A stretch of DNA of 64,000 nt from an uncultured Planctomycetia bacterium (GTDB lineage Bacteria; Omnitrophota; Gorgyraeia; Tantalellales; Tantalellaceae): positions 52,602-116,601 of the forward strand of contig CAZGOG010000001.1 of the NCBI GenBank assembly GCA_964527555.1, written 5' to 3'. Under the pieces are notes generated by a model. It saw nothing but the letters and a program-made list of their open reading frames with translations, made no database searches and was not told the origin of the DNA. Below are positions 9,897 to 20,346 of the stretch, piece after piece; the stretch's first letter is position 1; each line of letters begins with the position of its first letter. The position numbers were made by a program, and so were the translations under genes.

Positions 9897-10787
9897 CTAT
9901 ATCCTTCCGAGTTCTTTCTTTATGGCAAGCCTCATGACTTTTCTGGTATCTTTAAGGGAACACTCCGTCCAGATATTAAAAGCCAAAGCTCCCTGATTAA
10001 CCAGCATACCCACGCCGCCTACCGCAACGAGTCCTTTTCTGCGGGCGATATCGACAAGCCTGGTCTCTTTGGCATAGACCAGATCATAGAGCACCATCCC
10101 CTCCCTAAGATAATTCTCTGCTATAGGCAGCGGATCTTCCATGTTTATCCCAAGAGGTGTTGCGTTTACCACCAGGTCACAATTAGCGAATTTCTCGGGC
10201 AAATCGTCAGGATCGACTTCAAACAGTATCTCTTCGGTAAAATTGTCCTCGAAAACTTTTTTTAGAGCCTCCAGCTTCGCATCATCCACATCATATACGT
10301 TTATGCTTTTGGGCCGATTCTTACCAAGCATCGCCAGATACAGGCTTATAGCCCGTCCGGCGCCGCCTGAGCCGATGATAAAAATATCCTTTCCGCGCGG
10401 ATTGAATCCGGCATCTTCAAGCAAAGATTCGTAAAAACCCGCACCGTCAGTATTAAACGCCTCGATGACTGAAGAGCCGATCTTCACGGTATTTATCGCA
10501 CCGAGAACTTTTGCCACTTTATCTATTGAAGAATCCTTGCGCCTCTCCAATAGTTCCTTAACCCTTATCTTGTAAGGGACAGTGACATTGATACCGCTTA
10601 CCTTCCCGGCGAAGACCGTATCTTTGAAGAAACTTTCCAGGTCTTTTTCTTCAATATCAAATAGTTTATATTCAGCGGGTATCTTGAAATGCTTGAAAGC
10701 GGCGTTATGCATAGCGGGAGACAAAGAATAGCTTATTTTCTTTCCTAGAAGCCCGTAAACTTTTTTATTTTCCGTGTCATTTCCCAT
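9897..10787 (-). CDS. aroE: Shikimate dehydrogenase
   Basis: 296 aa with SLSPAMHNAAF substrate-binding motif and NAD(P) Rossmann motif IIGSGGAGRAI. Confidence 0.85.
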   Translation of the reverse strand: MGNDTENKKVYGLLGKKISYSLSPAMHNAAFKHFKIPAEYKLFDIEEKDLESFFKDTVFAGKVSGINVTVPYKIRVKELLERRKDSSIDKVAKVLGAINTVKIGSSVIEAFNTDGAGFYESLLEDAGFNPRGKDIFIIGSGGAGRAISLYLAMLGKNRPKSINVYDVDDAKLEALKKVFEDNFTEEILFEVDPDDLPEKFANCDLVVNATPLGINMEDPLPIAENYLREGMVLYDLVYAKETRLVDIARRKGLVAVGGVGMLVNQGALAFNIWTECSLKDTRKVMRLAIKKELGRI

Positions 10788-10831
10788 AACGTCTTATAAA
10801 GTGACTTTACCCTTCTCCCCCTTAGAGACCA

Positions 10832-12358
10832 TTATCTGAGTTTTTTCTTCCTGAGCGCAAGATGGTTAACGGCGTTCACATAAGCAAGCACGCTTGCCTC
10901 TATGACATCCGTGCTTGAACCCCTGCCTACAACCATATCGCCCTTAAAAGCGATCTTCACGTTAGCTTCTCCAAGAGCGTCTTTACCCGCAGTCACGGCA
11001 TTGACTTTATAATCCACAAGCCTTCCCTTTAATCCGATGGCCTTATCGATCGTCTTGAAGCAGGCGTCTATGGGACCGTCACCGGTAGCGGTGGCGTTTA
11101 TCTTCTTGCTGCCGTCAGCCAGCTCTACACTGGCCACGGGTCTTATCTTATTGCCGCTTGTCACCTGGAAGTTAAGAAGCTTGTACTTCTCAGGGATAGT
11201 CGCCAGTTCATCCTCGACGATCGTCGCCAGATCCTCATCGAATATCTTGTTTTTCTTGTCAGCAAGCTGCTTGAACCGAAGAAAAGCCTGATCCAGTTCC
11301 TTCCCGGAAAGAGTGTACCCCAGCTTTTTAAGCCTCGCTGAAAAAGCATGCCTCCCGGAAAGCTTGCCCAGAACTATCCTGCTTCCTTCAAATCCCACAT
11401 CCTGGGGCCTGATAATCTCATAAGTGACTCTTTTTTTCATGACGCCGTCCTGATGTATGCCGGACTCATGGCTGAAAGCGTTTTCACCGATTATAGCCTT
11501 GTTCGGCTGAACGGGTATACCGGTAAGTTTACTTACAAGTTTACTTGTCTTATAAAGTTCCTTTGTGCGGATGCCGGTCGTGAATCCTCTGAAGATATCC
11601 TTACGCATCACGATACCCATTACGATCTCTTCTAAAGAAGCGTTCCCGGCCCTTTCGCCCAGACCGTTAATGGTGCACTCTACCTGCCCGGCACCGTTCA
11701 GTACGGCCGCCAAAGAGTTACTCACCCCAAGACCAAGATCGTTATGGCAGTGAACGCTTATAACGGCTTTGTTAATATTAGGCACGGTCTCTTTAAGACG
11801 CTTTATGATCCCGCCGAACTCCTGGGGGACCGAATACCCCACGGTATCAGGGATGTTTACGGTCCTGGCACCTGCGTCTATGACAGCTTCTACAACCTGC
11901 GCAAGAAAATCAGGTTCCGTACGTGAAGCGTCTTCCGGTGAAAACTCTATATCGGGGAGTTTGCGCCTGGCGTACCTGACCGCTTCCACGGAAGTCTTAA
12001 GTATCTCGCTCTTGGCTTTCTTCAGCTTGTACTCTCTGTGTATTTTACTGGTCGCAAGAAAGACATGTATCCTCGGCTTCTTCGCTTTTTTAAGCGCCGC
12101 GTAAGCATCGTCTATGTCCCTCTTAGTGGCCCTGGCAAGACCGCATATTATGGGGCGCTTGATGTGCTTACTGACAGTTCTTACGGCCTCAAGGTCTCCC
12201 GGGGAAGTGCGTGGAAAGCCCGCCTCTATGACGTCAACTCCAAGCTCTTCAAGCTGAAAAGCTATTTTAAGTTTTTCGTTAACGGTTAGAGACGCCCCCG
12301 GCGTCTGTTCCCCGTCCCTTAAGGTCGTGTCGAATATGATTATTTTGTCTTTCTTCAT
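10832..12358 (-). CDS. leuA: 2-isopropylmalate synthase (alternatively (R)-citramalate synthase) of the LeuA family
   Basis: 508 aa with DTTLRDGEQ and the HCHNDLGLGVSNSLAAV TIM-barrel signature plus a C-terminal LeuA-type regulatory domain. It lies in a cluster with ilvC/ilvH/ilvB. Confidence 0.75.
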   Translation of the reverse strand: MKKDKIIIFDTTLRDGEQTPGASLTVNEKLKIAFQLEELGVDVIEAGFPRTSPGDLEAVRTVSKHIKRPIICGLARATKRDIDDAYAALKKAKKPRIHVFLATSKIHREYKLKKAKSEILKTSVEAVRYARRKLPDIEFSPEDASRTEPDFLAQVVEAVIDAGARTVNIPDTVGYSVPQEFGGIIKRLKETVPNINKAVISVHCHNDLGLGVSNSLAAVLNGAGQVECTINGLGERAGNASLEEIVMGIVMRKDIFRGFTTGIRTKELYKTSKLVSKLTGIPVQPNKAIIGENAFSHESGIHQDGVMKKRVTYEIIRPQDVGFEGSRIVLGKLSGRHAFSARLKKLGYTLSGKELDQAFLRFKQLADKKNKIFDEDLATIVEDELATIPEKYKLLNFQVTSGNKIRPVASVELADGSKKINATATGDGPIDACFKTIDKAIGLKGRLVDYKVNAVTAGKDALGEANVKIAFKGDMVVGRGSSTDVIEASVLAYVNAVNHLALRKKKLR

Positions 12359-12387
12359 GAGTGGCCCTCTTTTTCTCTATAGGTACA

Positions 12388-13377
12388 TTATTCCATCCAC
12401 GGCATCATGCTACGAAGTTCTTTGCCGATTTTCTCTATTTTATGCTCTTTCTCCTCTTCCGTGATCCTGTTATAATTGGGCCGCCCCTCTTCGTTCTCCT
12501 TTATCCATTCCTTTGCGAAACTCCCCGACTGGATCTCGGACAGGATCTTTTTCATCTCTTCACGCGTCTTTTTATTTATGATCCTTTTGCCTCTGGTGAT
12601 ATCACCGTACTCGGCCGTGTCGGAGACTCTTTTCCTCATGCCGTAAATACCGGTCTTGTAGATAAGATCGGTTATGAGTTTAAGCTCATGAAGACACTCA
12701 AAATAAGCGATCTCAGGCTGGTATCCCGCCTCCACCAGAGTGTCAAAACCGGCCTTTATCAGTTCCGACGTGCCGCCGCAAAGCACTGCCTGCTCGCCGA
12801 AAAGGTCCGTCTCCGTCTCTTCCTTGAAAGTAGTCTCGATAACGCCGGCTCTAGTCCCGCCTATAGCTTTGGCATACGCAAGAGCCTTGTCTTTGGCCTT
12901 GCCGCTAAAATCCTGGAAAACGGCGATAAGGGACGGTACGCCTTTACCCTGCTCGTACATCTCTCGTACCAATGCCCCGGGCCCCTTGGGAGCAACCATA
13001 AAAACATCCACATCCTTAGGCGGCACGATCTGCTTGAAATGAATATTAAACCCGTGCGAAAAAACAAGCGATTTTCCTTTCGACAGGTTGGGTTCAATGG
13101 CTTTTTTATAAACAGCCGCCTGTACGTGGTCCTGCGTAAGTATCTGTATGATATCAGCTTCTTCCGCCGCTTCTTCCGCGGAAAGCACGCTGAATCCGTC
13201 CTCCTGGGCCTGTTTATAATTAGCCGTCCCCTCGAGTTCGCTGACAAGGACGTTTATACCGCTATCCCTGAGGTTAAGCGCCTGTCCCCGGCCCTGTATC
13301 CCGTAGCCTATGATGGCTACTTTTAAACCTTTGATAAAATCCAAACTTGCATCTTTGTCATAATACATCTTTGCCAT
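12388..13377 (-). CDS. ilvC: Ketol-acid reductoisomerase
   Basis: 329 aa with [24 protein letters not shown] motif. Confidence 0.9.
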   Translation of the reverse strand: MAKMYYDKDASLDFIKGLKVAIIGYGIQGRGQALNLRDSGINVLVSELEGTANYKQAQEDGFSVLSAEEAAEEADIIQILTQDHVQAAVYKKAIEPNLSKGKSLVFSHGFNIHFKQIVPPKDVDVFMVAPKGPGALVREMYEQGKGVPSLIAVFQDFSGKAKDKALAYAKAIGGTRAGVIETTFKEETETDLFGEQAVLCGGTSELIKAGFDTLVEAGYQPEIAYFECLHELKLITDLIYKTGIYGMRKRVSDTAEYGDITRGKRIINKKTREEMKKILSEIQSGSFAKEWIKENEEGRPNYNRITEEEKEHKIEKIGKELRSMMPWME

Positions 13378-13408
13378 TTGTCTCTCCTCCTGTTATTATT
13401 GGCGCAAC

Positions 13409-13897
13409 TTAACTGGCTCCATCTGATTTTAAGGCTATCTTGCCGGTCCTTACGATCTCCAGGATGCCGTAAGGACGCAATAGTTCCATAAGCGCTTTTA
13501 TCCTGTGCTCATCCCCGGACTCCTCTACGGTGACAAACTTTTTGCCTATATCGATTATCTCGGCTCCCGTGGAATCGACGATTCTCACGATTTTTTCGCG
13601 CACCTTTGTATTGTCCGTTTTCACCTTTATCAGGATGAGTTCCCTGTCTACGTATTCTCCTCCCGTAAGGTCCTCCACCCTGATGACATCAACGAGCTTG
13701 TTAAGCTGTTTTTTCACCTGCTCCAGTATCTTTTCGTCGGCGTCCACCACTATCGTCATACGCGAGACGTTATGATCCTCAGTCTCTCCCACAGCCAGGG
13801 AATCTATATTAAATCCGCGGGCGCTAAAGAGACCCGCCACCCTGGCCAGAACGCCGAACTTGTTCTCCACTAAAGCCGATATCACGAATTTACTCAT
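13409..13897 (-). CDS. ilvH: Acetolactate synthase small (regulatory) subunit
   Basis: ACT-domain protein MSKFVISALVENKFGVLARVAGLFSARGFNI with RBS AAGGAG upstream of the ATG at 13897. The ORF-track extension MEIHLKKSYYKEKN derives from repeat copy B. Confidence 0.85.
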   Translation of the reverse strand: MSKFVISALVENKFGVLARVAGLFSARGFNIDSLAVGETEDHNVSRMTIVVDADEKILEQVKKQLNKLVDVIRVEDLTGGEYVDRELILIKVKTDNTKVREKIVRIVDSTGAEIIDIGKKFVTVEESGDEHRIKALMELLRPYGILEIVRTGKIALKSDGAS

Positions 13898-13928
13898 GTT
13901 CTTCTCCTTGTAATAAGATTTTTTCAGA

Positions 13929-14087
13929 TGAATCTCCACGGGCTTACGTCCGTCCTTTCATCTCTTTCGCCTCGTGGCGTCACAACTTCTCGAGATGCGC
14001 CTTCACACCCGTGGTGTTCCTTGCCCCAAGCACCTCTTCATTTCATTAGAGATTCATGGTGAGCAAGCGAAGCGCGCCGAACCATAA
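13929..14087. repeat. Intergenic structured repeat, copy B (long subfamily)
   Basis: Near-identical to copies A and D; the 5' hairpin is partly degenerated (CCACGGGCTTACGTCCGTCC). It lies between the ilvB stop and the ilvH start. Confidence 0.8.
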
Positions 14088-14089
14088 GG

Positions 14090-15784
14090 CTACGCCAGCC
14101 CATGCAGCATCTCGCTTATGGATTTACCCGCCGGCACCATGGGATAGACGTTCTCTTCTCTTTCGATTATAAAATCCAGAATGACCGGCCCTTTGGCTTT
14201 GATCGCGGTCTTAAGGGCTTTTTTAACTTCACTCTTTTTGGTCACTCTTATGCCTTGGGCTCCGTAACTTTCAGCAAGTTTCACGAAATCCGGACACATG
14301 GTGCAGTTTCCGTCAGTCAAAGGAGTCCATGCGTAACGCTTCTGATAAAACAGCTCCTGCCACTGACGCACCATACCCAGATAACCGTTGTTGAGTATAA
14401 CTATGATAACGGGTATCTTTCCCATGACGGCTGTAGCCAGTTCCTGGATATTCATCTGGATACTGCCGTCACCGGCTATGTCAAAAACGATCGAGCCGGG
14501 TTTACCGACCTTAGCGCCGATAGCCGCGGGAAACCCGTACCCCATAGTACCCAATCCGCCGCTTGATATCCAAGTCCTGGGCTTGGTATAGGTATAGTAC
14601 TGCGCCGCCCACATCTGGTTCTGACCGACCTCAGTCGAGATAATAACATCTTTGTCTTTAGTAAGCTCATAGATCTCCTCGATAATATACTGGGGACGGA
14701 GTTTCTTGTCAGACGCATATTTAAGAGGAAGCTGCCTCTTCCAGCTGTTAATAGTTTTATGCCAGGCGGCGTAAGGTTTTTTCTTAACGTGTTTTACAAG
14801 TTCCTTCAGCACCGTCTTGGCGTCCCCGATGACGGGAATGTCTACCTGCACGTTTTTACTCACGCTGGACGGATCGATGTCTATATGCACTATTGTAGCG
14901 GTAGGCGCAAAGTCGTCTATCCTGCCGGTAACCCTGTCGTCAAACCTGGCGCCGATAGCGATGATAAGATCAGAATCCTGCACCGCATGATTGGCGTAAG
15001 CCGTCCCATGCATACCCAGCATACCCAGACTTAAAGAATCATCTTCCGGGAAAGTCCCCAGCCCCATCAAAGTGGTAGTAACGGGTATATTGCTCTTGCG
15101 GGCAAACGCCGTAAGTTCCGCGCTGGCACCTGAAAGTATTATCCCTCCGCCGGCGTAGATAATGGGGCTGTCGCTTTTCTCGATCGCCTTGGCTATCTTT
15201 TTTATCTGGCCGATGTGTCCCTTATAAGTCGGTTTATACCCTTTAAGCGTGACCTCTTTAGGATATTTAAATTCCGCCGTATCCAGCTGGACGTCCACCG
15301 GAAGATCTATTAAAACAGGTCCGGGTCTGCCGGTTCTGGCGATATGAAAAGCTTCCTTGACCACCTGCGCAAGTTCCTTTATGTCTTTCACGAGGTAATT
15401 ATGTTTTGTAATGGGCCGCGTAATACCGACCATATCAGCTTCCTGGAAAGCGTCGTTACCGATAAGGCTCGACTTGACCTGCCCGGTAATAGCGACTATG
15501 GGAATAGAATCCATGTTCGCCGTAGCTATTCCGGTGACAAGATTGGTCGCACCGGGCCCTGAGGTAGCTACGCACACTCCCACCTCGCCTGTCGCGCGGG
15601 CATACCCGTCAGCCGCATGTATAGCGCCCTGCTCATGACGCACAAGATGAAACGTTATGTCTTTGACGCCGTACATCTTGTCACCCAGAGGTATTACCGA
15701 ACCGCCGGGATATCCGAAGATATGCTTAACCCCTTCAGCCCTTAGACTTTGTATTAATATTTCCGCACCAGTGATCTTAGCCAT
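14090..15784 (-). CDS. ilvB: Acetolactate synthase large subunit
   Basis: 564 aa ThDP enzyme with [10 protein letters not shown] and [15 protein letters not shown] motifs. Confidence 0.9.
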   Translation of the reverse strand: MAKITGAEILIQSLRAEGVKHIFGYPGGSVIPLGDKMYGVKDITFHLVRHEQGAIHAADGYARATGEVGVCVATSGPGATNLVTGIATANMDSIPIVAITGQVKSSLIGNDAFQEADMVGITRPITKHNYLVKDIKELAQVVKEAFHIARTGRPGPVLIDLPVDVQLDTAEFKYPKEVTLKGYKPTYKGHIGQIKKIAKAIEKSDSPIIYAGGGIILSGASAELTAFARKSNIPVTTTLMGLGTFPEDDSLSLGMLGMHGTAYANHAVQDSDLIIAIGARFDDRVTGRIDDFAPTATIVHIDIDPSSVSKNVQVDIPVIGDAKTVLKELVKHVKKKPYAAWHKTINSWKRQLPLKYASDKKLRPQYIIEEIYELTKDKDVIISTEVGQNQMWAAQYYTYTKPRTWISSGGLGTMGYGFPAAIGAKVGKPGSIVFDIAGDGSIQMNIQELATAVMGKIPVIIVILNNGYLGMVRQWQELFYQKRYAWTPLTDGNCTMCPDFVKLAESYGAQGIRVTKKSEVKKALKTAIKAKGPVILDFIIEREENVYPMVPAGKSISEMLHGLA

Positions 15785-15849
15785 TTTACCTCTCCCCTAT
15801 ATTATTAATTATCATTTCCTATATGTGCCCCACTTTCAAAATGCGTTTT

Positions 15850-15879
15850 ATAATATAACATAACGCCCGTTTTTGTCAA
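15850..15879 (-). promoter_or_regulatory. Candidate sigma-70 promoter for the ilvB-ilvH-ilvC-leuA operon
   Basis: Minus strand TTGACA (15879-15874), 18-nt spacer, TATTAT (15855-15850), about 70 nt upstream of the ilvB ATG, which has RBS GGAGAGG. Confidence 0.4.
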
Positions 15880-15924
15880 GGATTGAGCTAGCCTCTTATA
15901 TTAGAGACACTTTTTCTTGCATTT

Positions 15925-16012
15925 TACCCATGCACCAGAAGGCCACGCCCGTAAGGGCGTGGATAAATGGCCTTCGGTGCAGTCTTTCCGCTTGACGGAA
16001 AGACTGAAACTG
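15925..16012. other. Pair of strong stem-loops between alr and the ilvB promoter (possible ncRNA, REP-like relic or 3' stabiliser)
   Basis: First hairpin GAAGGCCACGCCC-GTAA-GGGCGTGG...GGCCTTC is nested, with a GNRA-like loop. Second hairpin CAGTCTTTCC-GCTTGAC-GGAAAGACTG is a 10-bp perfect stem. Neither has a flanking T-tract. The first hairpin's core resembles the CCACGG-NN-CCGTGG hairpin of the repeat family. Confidence 0.35.
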
Positions 16013-16082
16013 TGGATGCCATGGACGTTAGCCCATGGAGCTTCACTTTCAAAAAAATGCAAAATTTTTTCAGTCTTCTGTT

Positions 16083-17207
16083 TCAACTTTTGTAAATGCG
16101 GGGGACCCTGTCCGTCACCGAGGACAGAATCTCATAAGGAATGGTCCCGGAAAGTTTGGCGATCTTCTCGATCAGGATCTCAGAATCTCCCTGCCGGCCT
16201 ATCAGGACGACTTCATCTCCGACTTCTGCGTTCTCGACATTGCCGACATCCAAAAGCGTCTGGTCCATAGTGACTATCCCGGCGACTTTGACGTATTTGC
16301 CGTTAAGAAGCGCCTCTGCCTTATTGGAAAGTATCCTGCCATATCCATCGGCATAACCTATGGGGATCGTGGCTATTTTTGTGCGTTTCTGCGTGATATA
16401 AGTCCTTCCGTAGCTTATAGACCTGCCGGGAGGCGTCTCTTTAAGATGCACTATCCGCGTCTTTAAGTTCATGACCGGTTTCAGCTTAAAGCTAGTGCGA
16501 AAGCTCTCTTTGGGGTACACTCCGTAGAGAAGGATACCTGTTCTAACCAGGTTTAAATGTGACTTTTTCCAGTCTACTACCGCGATACTGTTAGCTGCAT
16601 GCTTATACTTTGCTTTAATCCCGGCGCCCTCCATATCACCGAGAACTTTCTCAAAAAAACTTATCTGTTGATTCGTTATGAGTTTATCCCGCGCAGCCGA
16701 AGAAAAATGGGTGTATACGCCCTCGGAGTCTATTTCTTTTCTGGAATGGACTTCTTTTATAAACTCGATAGCTTCCTCGTGCCATACTCCGATGCGTCCC
16801 ATACCCGTATCCACTTTGATGTGCACTTTGGGCCTCTTATCAAATTCTTTAGCCAGTTTGCTAAGTATCTCCAAGAGCCTCTTATCACATAAGGTAAGTG
16901 TAATGTCACCGGCGACCGCCGCTTTTGCTTCTTCTTCAAGAACCGAACCCAAGACCAGTACAGGTGTTTTTATGCCGGAAGACCTGAGCGCCAGGGCCTC
17001 ATCGACTGTAGCTACACCTAGATAATCGACACCTTCCTCGACTAACGCGCGGCTCACTTCTAAAAGCCCGTGACCATAAGCGTTTGCCTTGACGACAGCC
17101 ATGACAGCCACTTTCCCGTCAATAAACCGCCGGACGCATCCCAGGTTGAATTTGACGGCAGCCAGGTCTATCTCCGCCCATGTGGGCCTGTAGCTTTTAT
17201 TATTCAT
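16083..17207 (-). CDS. alr: Alanine racemase
   Basis: 374 aa with PLP-binding AVVKANAYGHG motif. Confidence 0.85.
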   Translation of the reverse strand: MNNKSYRPTWAEIDLAAVKFNLGCVRRFIDGKVAVMAVVKANAYGHGLLEVSRALVEEGVDYLGVATVDEALALRSSGIKTPVLVLGSVLEEEAKAAVAGDITLTLCDKRLLEILSKLAKEFDKRPKVHIKVDTGMGRIGVWHEEAIEFIKEVHSRKEIDSEGVYTHFSSAARDKLITNQQISFFEKVLGDMEGAGIKAKYKHAANSIAVVDWKKSHLNLVRTGILLYGVYPKESFRTSFKLKPVMNLKTRIVHLKETPPGRSISYGRTYITQKRTKIATIPIGYADGYGRILSNKAEALLNGKYVKVAGIVTMDQTLLDVGNVENAEVGDEVVLIGRQGDSEILIEKIAKLSGTIPYEILSSVTDRVPRIYKS

Positions 17208-17208
17208 A

Positions 17209-17892
17209 TTATTTTCTCTTTATGATATTGCATTCCTTTGAATGAAGATACAACGGGTCTATTGTTTCCGGATCAGCTGTGCCTCTTACGGATCTTTCAA
17301 GCCCTAAAGTCGCGATATCTACGGCTCTAGGATACCAGTCCGTTTCCAGGCTATAACTCGCTAAGCGGGAAGAGTCCAGTTTTTCTTTATATTTCGGGAC
17401 GCCGCTACCGAAGAAAAAAACCTCTTTATCCAAAGTCTCCAGAAAGTCATCGACTTCCGTTAAAAGATAATCCGTGCTTCTTTCAACCGTCCCCCCGGAG
17501 CGGTCGTAGATACAAGTATATACTTTTTCCTTATGCGCATCAAGTAACGGAGCGATGCGGCTGCCTTCGGCTTTCCTGGCTGCGGGGCTTAGCGCGATCG
17601 CATCCATGGTAGGCACTCCCATCACCCTGCTGCCCAAAACTATCGCAAGCCCTTTTACCGTGCCCATCGCTATGCGCAGGCCCGTAAACGACCCGGGGCC
17701 GAGCCCCACACACACCAGTTCAATATCGCCGGCTCTCCAAGCTTCTCTCTCTAGCATATCTTTTATTGTGGGGATGAGTATTCCGCTGTGGCGCACGCCC
17801 GCGTCCTCATGGAATGAACTCACTACGCGTCTATCCTCAAGAAGCGCTATTGATAAAAACTTTGTCGATGTGTCAAATGCAAGTGTTTTCAT
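17209..17892 (-). CDS. tsaB: tRNA threonylcarbamoyladenosine biosynthesis protein TsaB (YeaZ)
   Basis: MKTLAFDTSTKFLSIALLED N-terminus. The ORF-track extension to 17967 overlaps tsaE and is probably spurious. Confidence 0.8.
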   Translation of the reverse strand: MKTLAFDTSTKFLSIALLEDRRVVSSFHEDAGVRHSGILIPTIKDMLEREAWRAGDIELVCVGLGPGSFTGLRIAMGTVKGLAIVLGSRVMGVPTMDAIALSPAARKAEGSRIAPLLDAHKEKVYTCIYDRSGGTVERSTDYLLTEVDDFLETLDKEVFFFGSGVPKYKEKLDSSRLASYSLETDWYPRAVDIATLGLERSVRGTADPETIDPLYLHSKECNIIKRK

Positions 17893-17893
17893 A

Positions 17894-18349
17894 TTAAAAA
17901 CCATCCAGCTTCGCCGCAAGACGCTCTCCCACGCCTTTAAACTCCAGGCGCCTTTTATCCCCATCATGATACGAGATCTTGACTAAGAGGTATTCCTCAG
18001 GCAATATATCGGGCAGTTTATCCGCCCATTCGACGACGGTGATCCCCGTATTATAAAAATATCTTTCATAGTCCAGAGTGTCGCAGAAACTCTTCTGATC
18101 CAGCCGGTATACATCAAAATGATAGAGACTCTTCTCTCCGGTATATTCTTTCAGGACGACAAAAGAGGGACTGTTTACATACGTGTAGTCTTCCACTCCC
18201 AGCCCCTTGGCCAGACCTTTCACGAACATGGTCTTTCCGGAACCCAGCTCGCCTACCAAAGCGACAAAGTCCCCCTCATCCAGCCGTTTCGCAAGCCGCG
18301 AAGCCACATCCACAGTCTCCTCCGGGGAACGAGTTATTATGTTTTTCAT
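17894..18349 (-). CDS. tsaE: tRNA threonylcarbamoyladenosine biosynthesis ATPase TsaE (YjeE)
   Basis: 151 aa with Walker A GELGSGKT. It precedes tsaB. Confidence 0.85.
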   Translation of the reverse strand: MKNIITRSPEETVDVASRLAKRLDEGDFVALVGELGSGKTMFVKGLAKGLGVEDYTYVNSPSFVVLKEYTGEKSLYHFDVYRLDQKSFCDTLDYERYFYNTGITVVEWADKLPDILPEEYLLVKISYHDGDKRRLEFKGVGERLAAKLDGF

Positions 18350-18409
18350 GATGTTTTACCCTGAAAAATAAATACAGATATTCTCTAATTCTTGCTTTTT
18401 TAGGCTGCT

Positions 18410-19306
18410 CTAAAGATGCCTGAAGCCTTCCTTCTTCAAGGGGGTTTCGTTACCCTCTTTACCTATAAGAATAAGACCCTCATTTTTAGACGTGATCTCG
18501 CCGATAACAAAATACGGGCTTTTTTCTTTACGTTTTCTTGCGCTTAAAAAAAGCTTTCTTGCTTCTTTGACCGGCATGGTAAAAAGTAGCTCAAAACTCT
18601 CCCCATAATAAAGCGCATCCTTAAGCGAAAGTCCTCTTGCAAGCGGGACAGCGCTTTCGTATAACCTGCACCCTACCCTGCTTTCGGACGAGATGCGTGA
18701 AACATCCAAAGCTATACCGTCAGAGACGTCTATCATGGAACTAACCCTATAGTGATCTGCAAGGAACTGCGCTTCTTTTACTCTGGGCTCGAAGTCCAGG
18801 TGTCTCTTCCTACCGTCTCTCACCGGACCCGTGATCAGTATAAGATCCCCTTTCCTGGCGCCGTTTCGTTTAAGAAGATTTTTTCTCGCTACAATCCCCA
18901 TGATAGAGACATCGATAAGAAGCTTGCTGGATTTATTGGTGTCTCCTCCTACGACTTTCACTCCATATTTTTTGCAAATCTCAAAAATACCGTCATATAT
19001 TTTTCCTACCGCGCGTTCTTTCATCTTAGAAGGGATGCCTATAGTGACGGTAATATATTTCGGCACGCCTCCCATAGCGGCGATATCGCTTATATTAACC
19101 GCAACGGCCTTATGCCCGATTTTCTTATAGGATGCTTTCTTTAATTTAAAGTGGGTGTCTTCCACAAGCATGTCAGTCGCCCAGAGAAGATAATGCCCTT
19201 TATCGTACCCTAATACAGCGCAGTCATCGCCTATCCCGGTTTCTACCTTCTTGCCGGGCTTACCTGCACGTTTTCGTATCCAGTCGACGAGCTTGAGTTC
19301 CTTCAT
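18410..19306 (-). CDS. thiL: Thiamine-monophosphate kinase
   Basis: 298 aa, AIR-synthase-related fold with GDDCAVL and WATDMLVEDTHF motifs. Confidence 0.8.
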   Translation of the reverse strand: MKELKLVDWIRKRAGKPGKKVETGIGDDCAVLGYDKGHYLLWATDMLVEDTHFKLKKASYKKIGHKAVAVNISDIAAMGGVPKYITVTIGIPSKMKERAVGKIYDGIFEICKKYGVKVVGGDTNKSSKLLIDVSIMGIVARKNLLKRNGARKGDLILITGPVRDGRKRHLDFEPRVKEAQFLADHYRVSSMIDVSDGIALDVSRISSESRVGCRLYESAVPLARGLSLKDALYYGESFELLFTMPVKEARKLFLSARKRKEKSPYFVIGEITSKNEGLILIGKEGNETPLKKEGFRHL

Positions 19307-20337
19307 GCTTTACCCGCCCTCTTTATTTTCTTCCGGTTCGGTTTTACTATGATCCCGCGTTCAGTGATAAAAGCCGTGATAAGTTTCGCCGGTGTCACGT
19401 CAAAAGCGGGATTAAACGCCTCTATATCTTTCGGGGTTATATATCGGCCATTTATCTTTTTGACTTCCTCCAACGATCTTTCCTCTATGGGGATACTACT
19501 GCCATCAGCAAGCGAAAGGTCAAATGTCGAGTGAGGAGCCGCCACATAAAAAGGCACCTTGTGATAATCGGCAAGCACCGCAAGGCTGTAAGTGCCTATC
19601 TTATTAGCGGTATCCCCGTTGGCGGCGATCCTGTCCGCTCCTACCACCACACAACCGATTTTTCCTTTTGCCATAAGCGAAGCCGCCATGTTATCGCATA
19701 TTAAAGTGGCGGGAATCCTCTGGCGGCGAAGCTCCCATGCAGTCAGACGCGCGCCTTGCAAGAGAGGGCGCGTTTCATCTACATAGACGCGGCGCACTTT
19801 CCCCCGCGAAGAAAAAATCACTCCAAGTGCCGTCCCATACCCGCCTGTCGCAAGCGATCCCGCATTACAGTGGGTAAGGACGTTCATTTTTCTTCTTAAA
19901 AGCTTCTTGCCGTTTTCGCCTATCTGACGGCACATCTCTACATCTTCCGCCAATATGGCGTGCGCTTCTTTTAAAAGAAGCGCTTTGACTTCTTTAAGGG
20001 GTTTATCCTTATTGCGCCCGGCGGCTCTCTCCATTCTTTCCAATGCCCAGAAGAGGTTGCGCGCTGTGGGACGTGAGCCGGCAATATATTTGGAGACTTT
20101 CTTTAACTCTTTATTGAAACTTTTAAAGTCTTTCGCGCGGCTCGTTCGCACGCCCAGATAGACCCCGTAAGAAGCAGCGACGCCTATCGCGGGCGCGCCT
20201 CTAATTTTCATCTTTTTGATCGCCTCATATATATCTTCGGCGCTTTTACATGCAACGTAAACCGTCTTAGCCGGAAGAAGCCGCTGGTCTATGAGTTCCG
20301 CTTTACCCGTCTTCCAGCGTATTGTATCGTATCTCAT
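19303..20337 (-). CDS. mtnA: S-methyl-5-thioribose-1-phosphate isomerase (eIF-2B alpha/beta/delta-like)
   Basis: 344 aa with IRGAPAIGVAASYG and a C-terminal eIF2B-like domain. Confidence 0.8.
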   Translation of the reverse strand: MRYDTIRWKTGKAELIDQRLLPAKTVYVACKSAEDIYEAIKKMKIRGAPAIGVAASYGVYLGVRTSRAKDFKSFNKELKKVSKYIAGSRPTARNLFWALERMERAAGRNKDKPLKEVKALLLKEAHAILAEDVEMCRQIGENGKKLLRRKMNVLTHCNAGSLATGGYGTALGVIFSSRGKVRRVYVDETRPLLQGARLTAWELRRQRIPATLICDNMAASLMAKGKIGCVVVGADRIAANGDTANKIGTYSLAVLADYHKVPFYVAAPHSTFDLSLADGSSIPIEERSLEEVKKINGRYITPKDIEAFNPAFDVTPAKLITAFITERGIIVKPNRKKIKRAGKA

Positions 20338-20346
20338 GTTTTCTCC

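Noticed and set aside
15901-16086. 61-aa ORF (minus strand) and overlapping plus-strand ORF in the alr-ilvB gap.
   Set aside because: The region consists of strong hairpins; there is no RBS and the translation is Lys/Cys-rich nonsense. It is more likely structured non-coding DNA or RNA.
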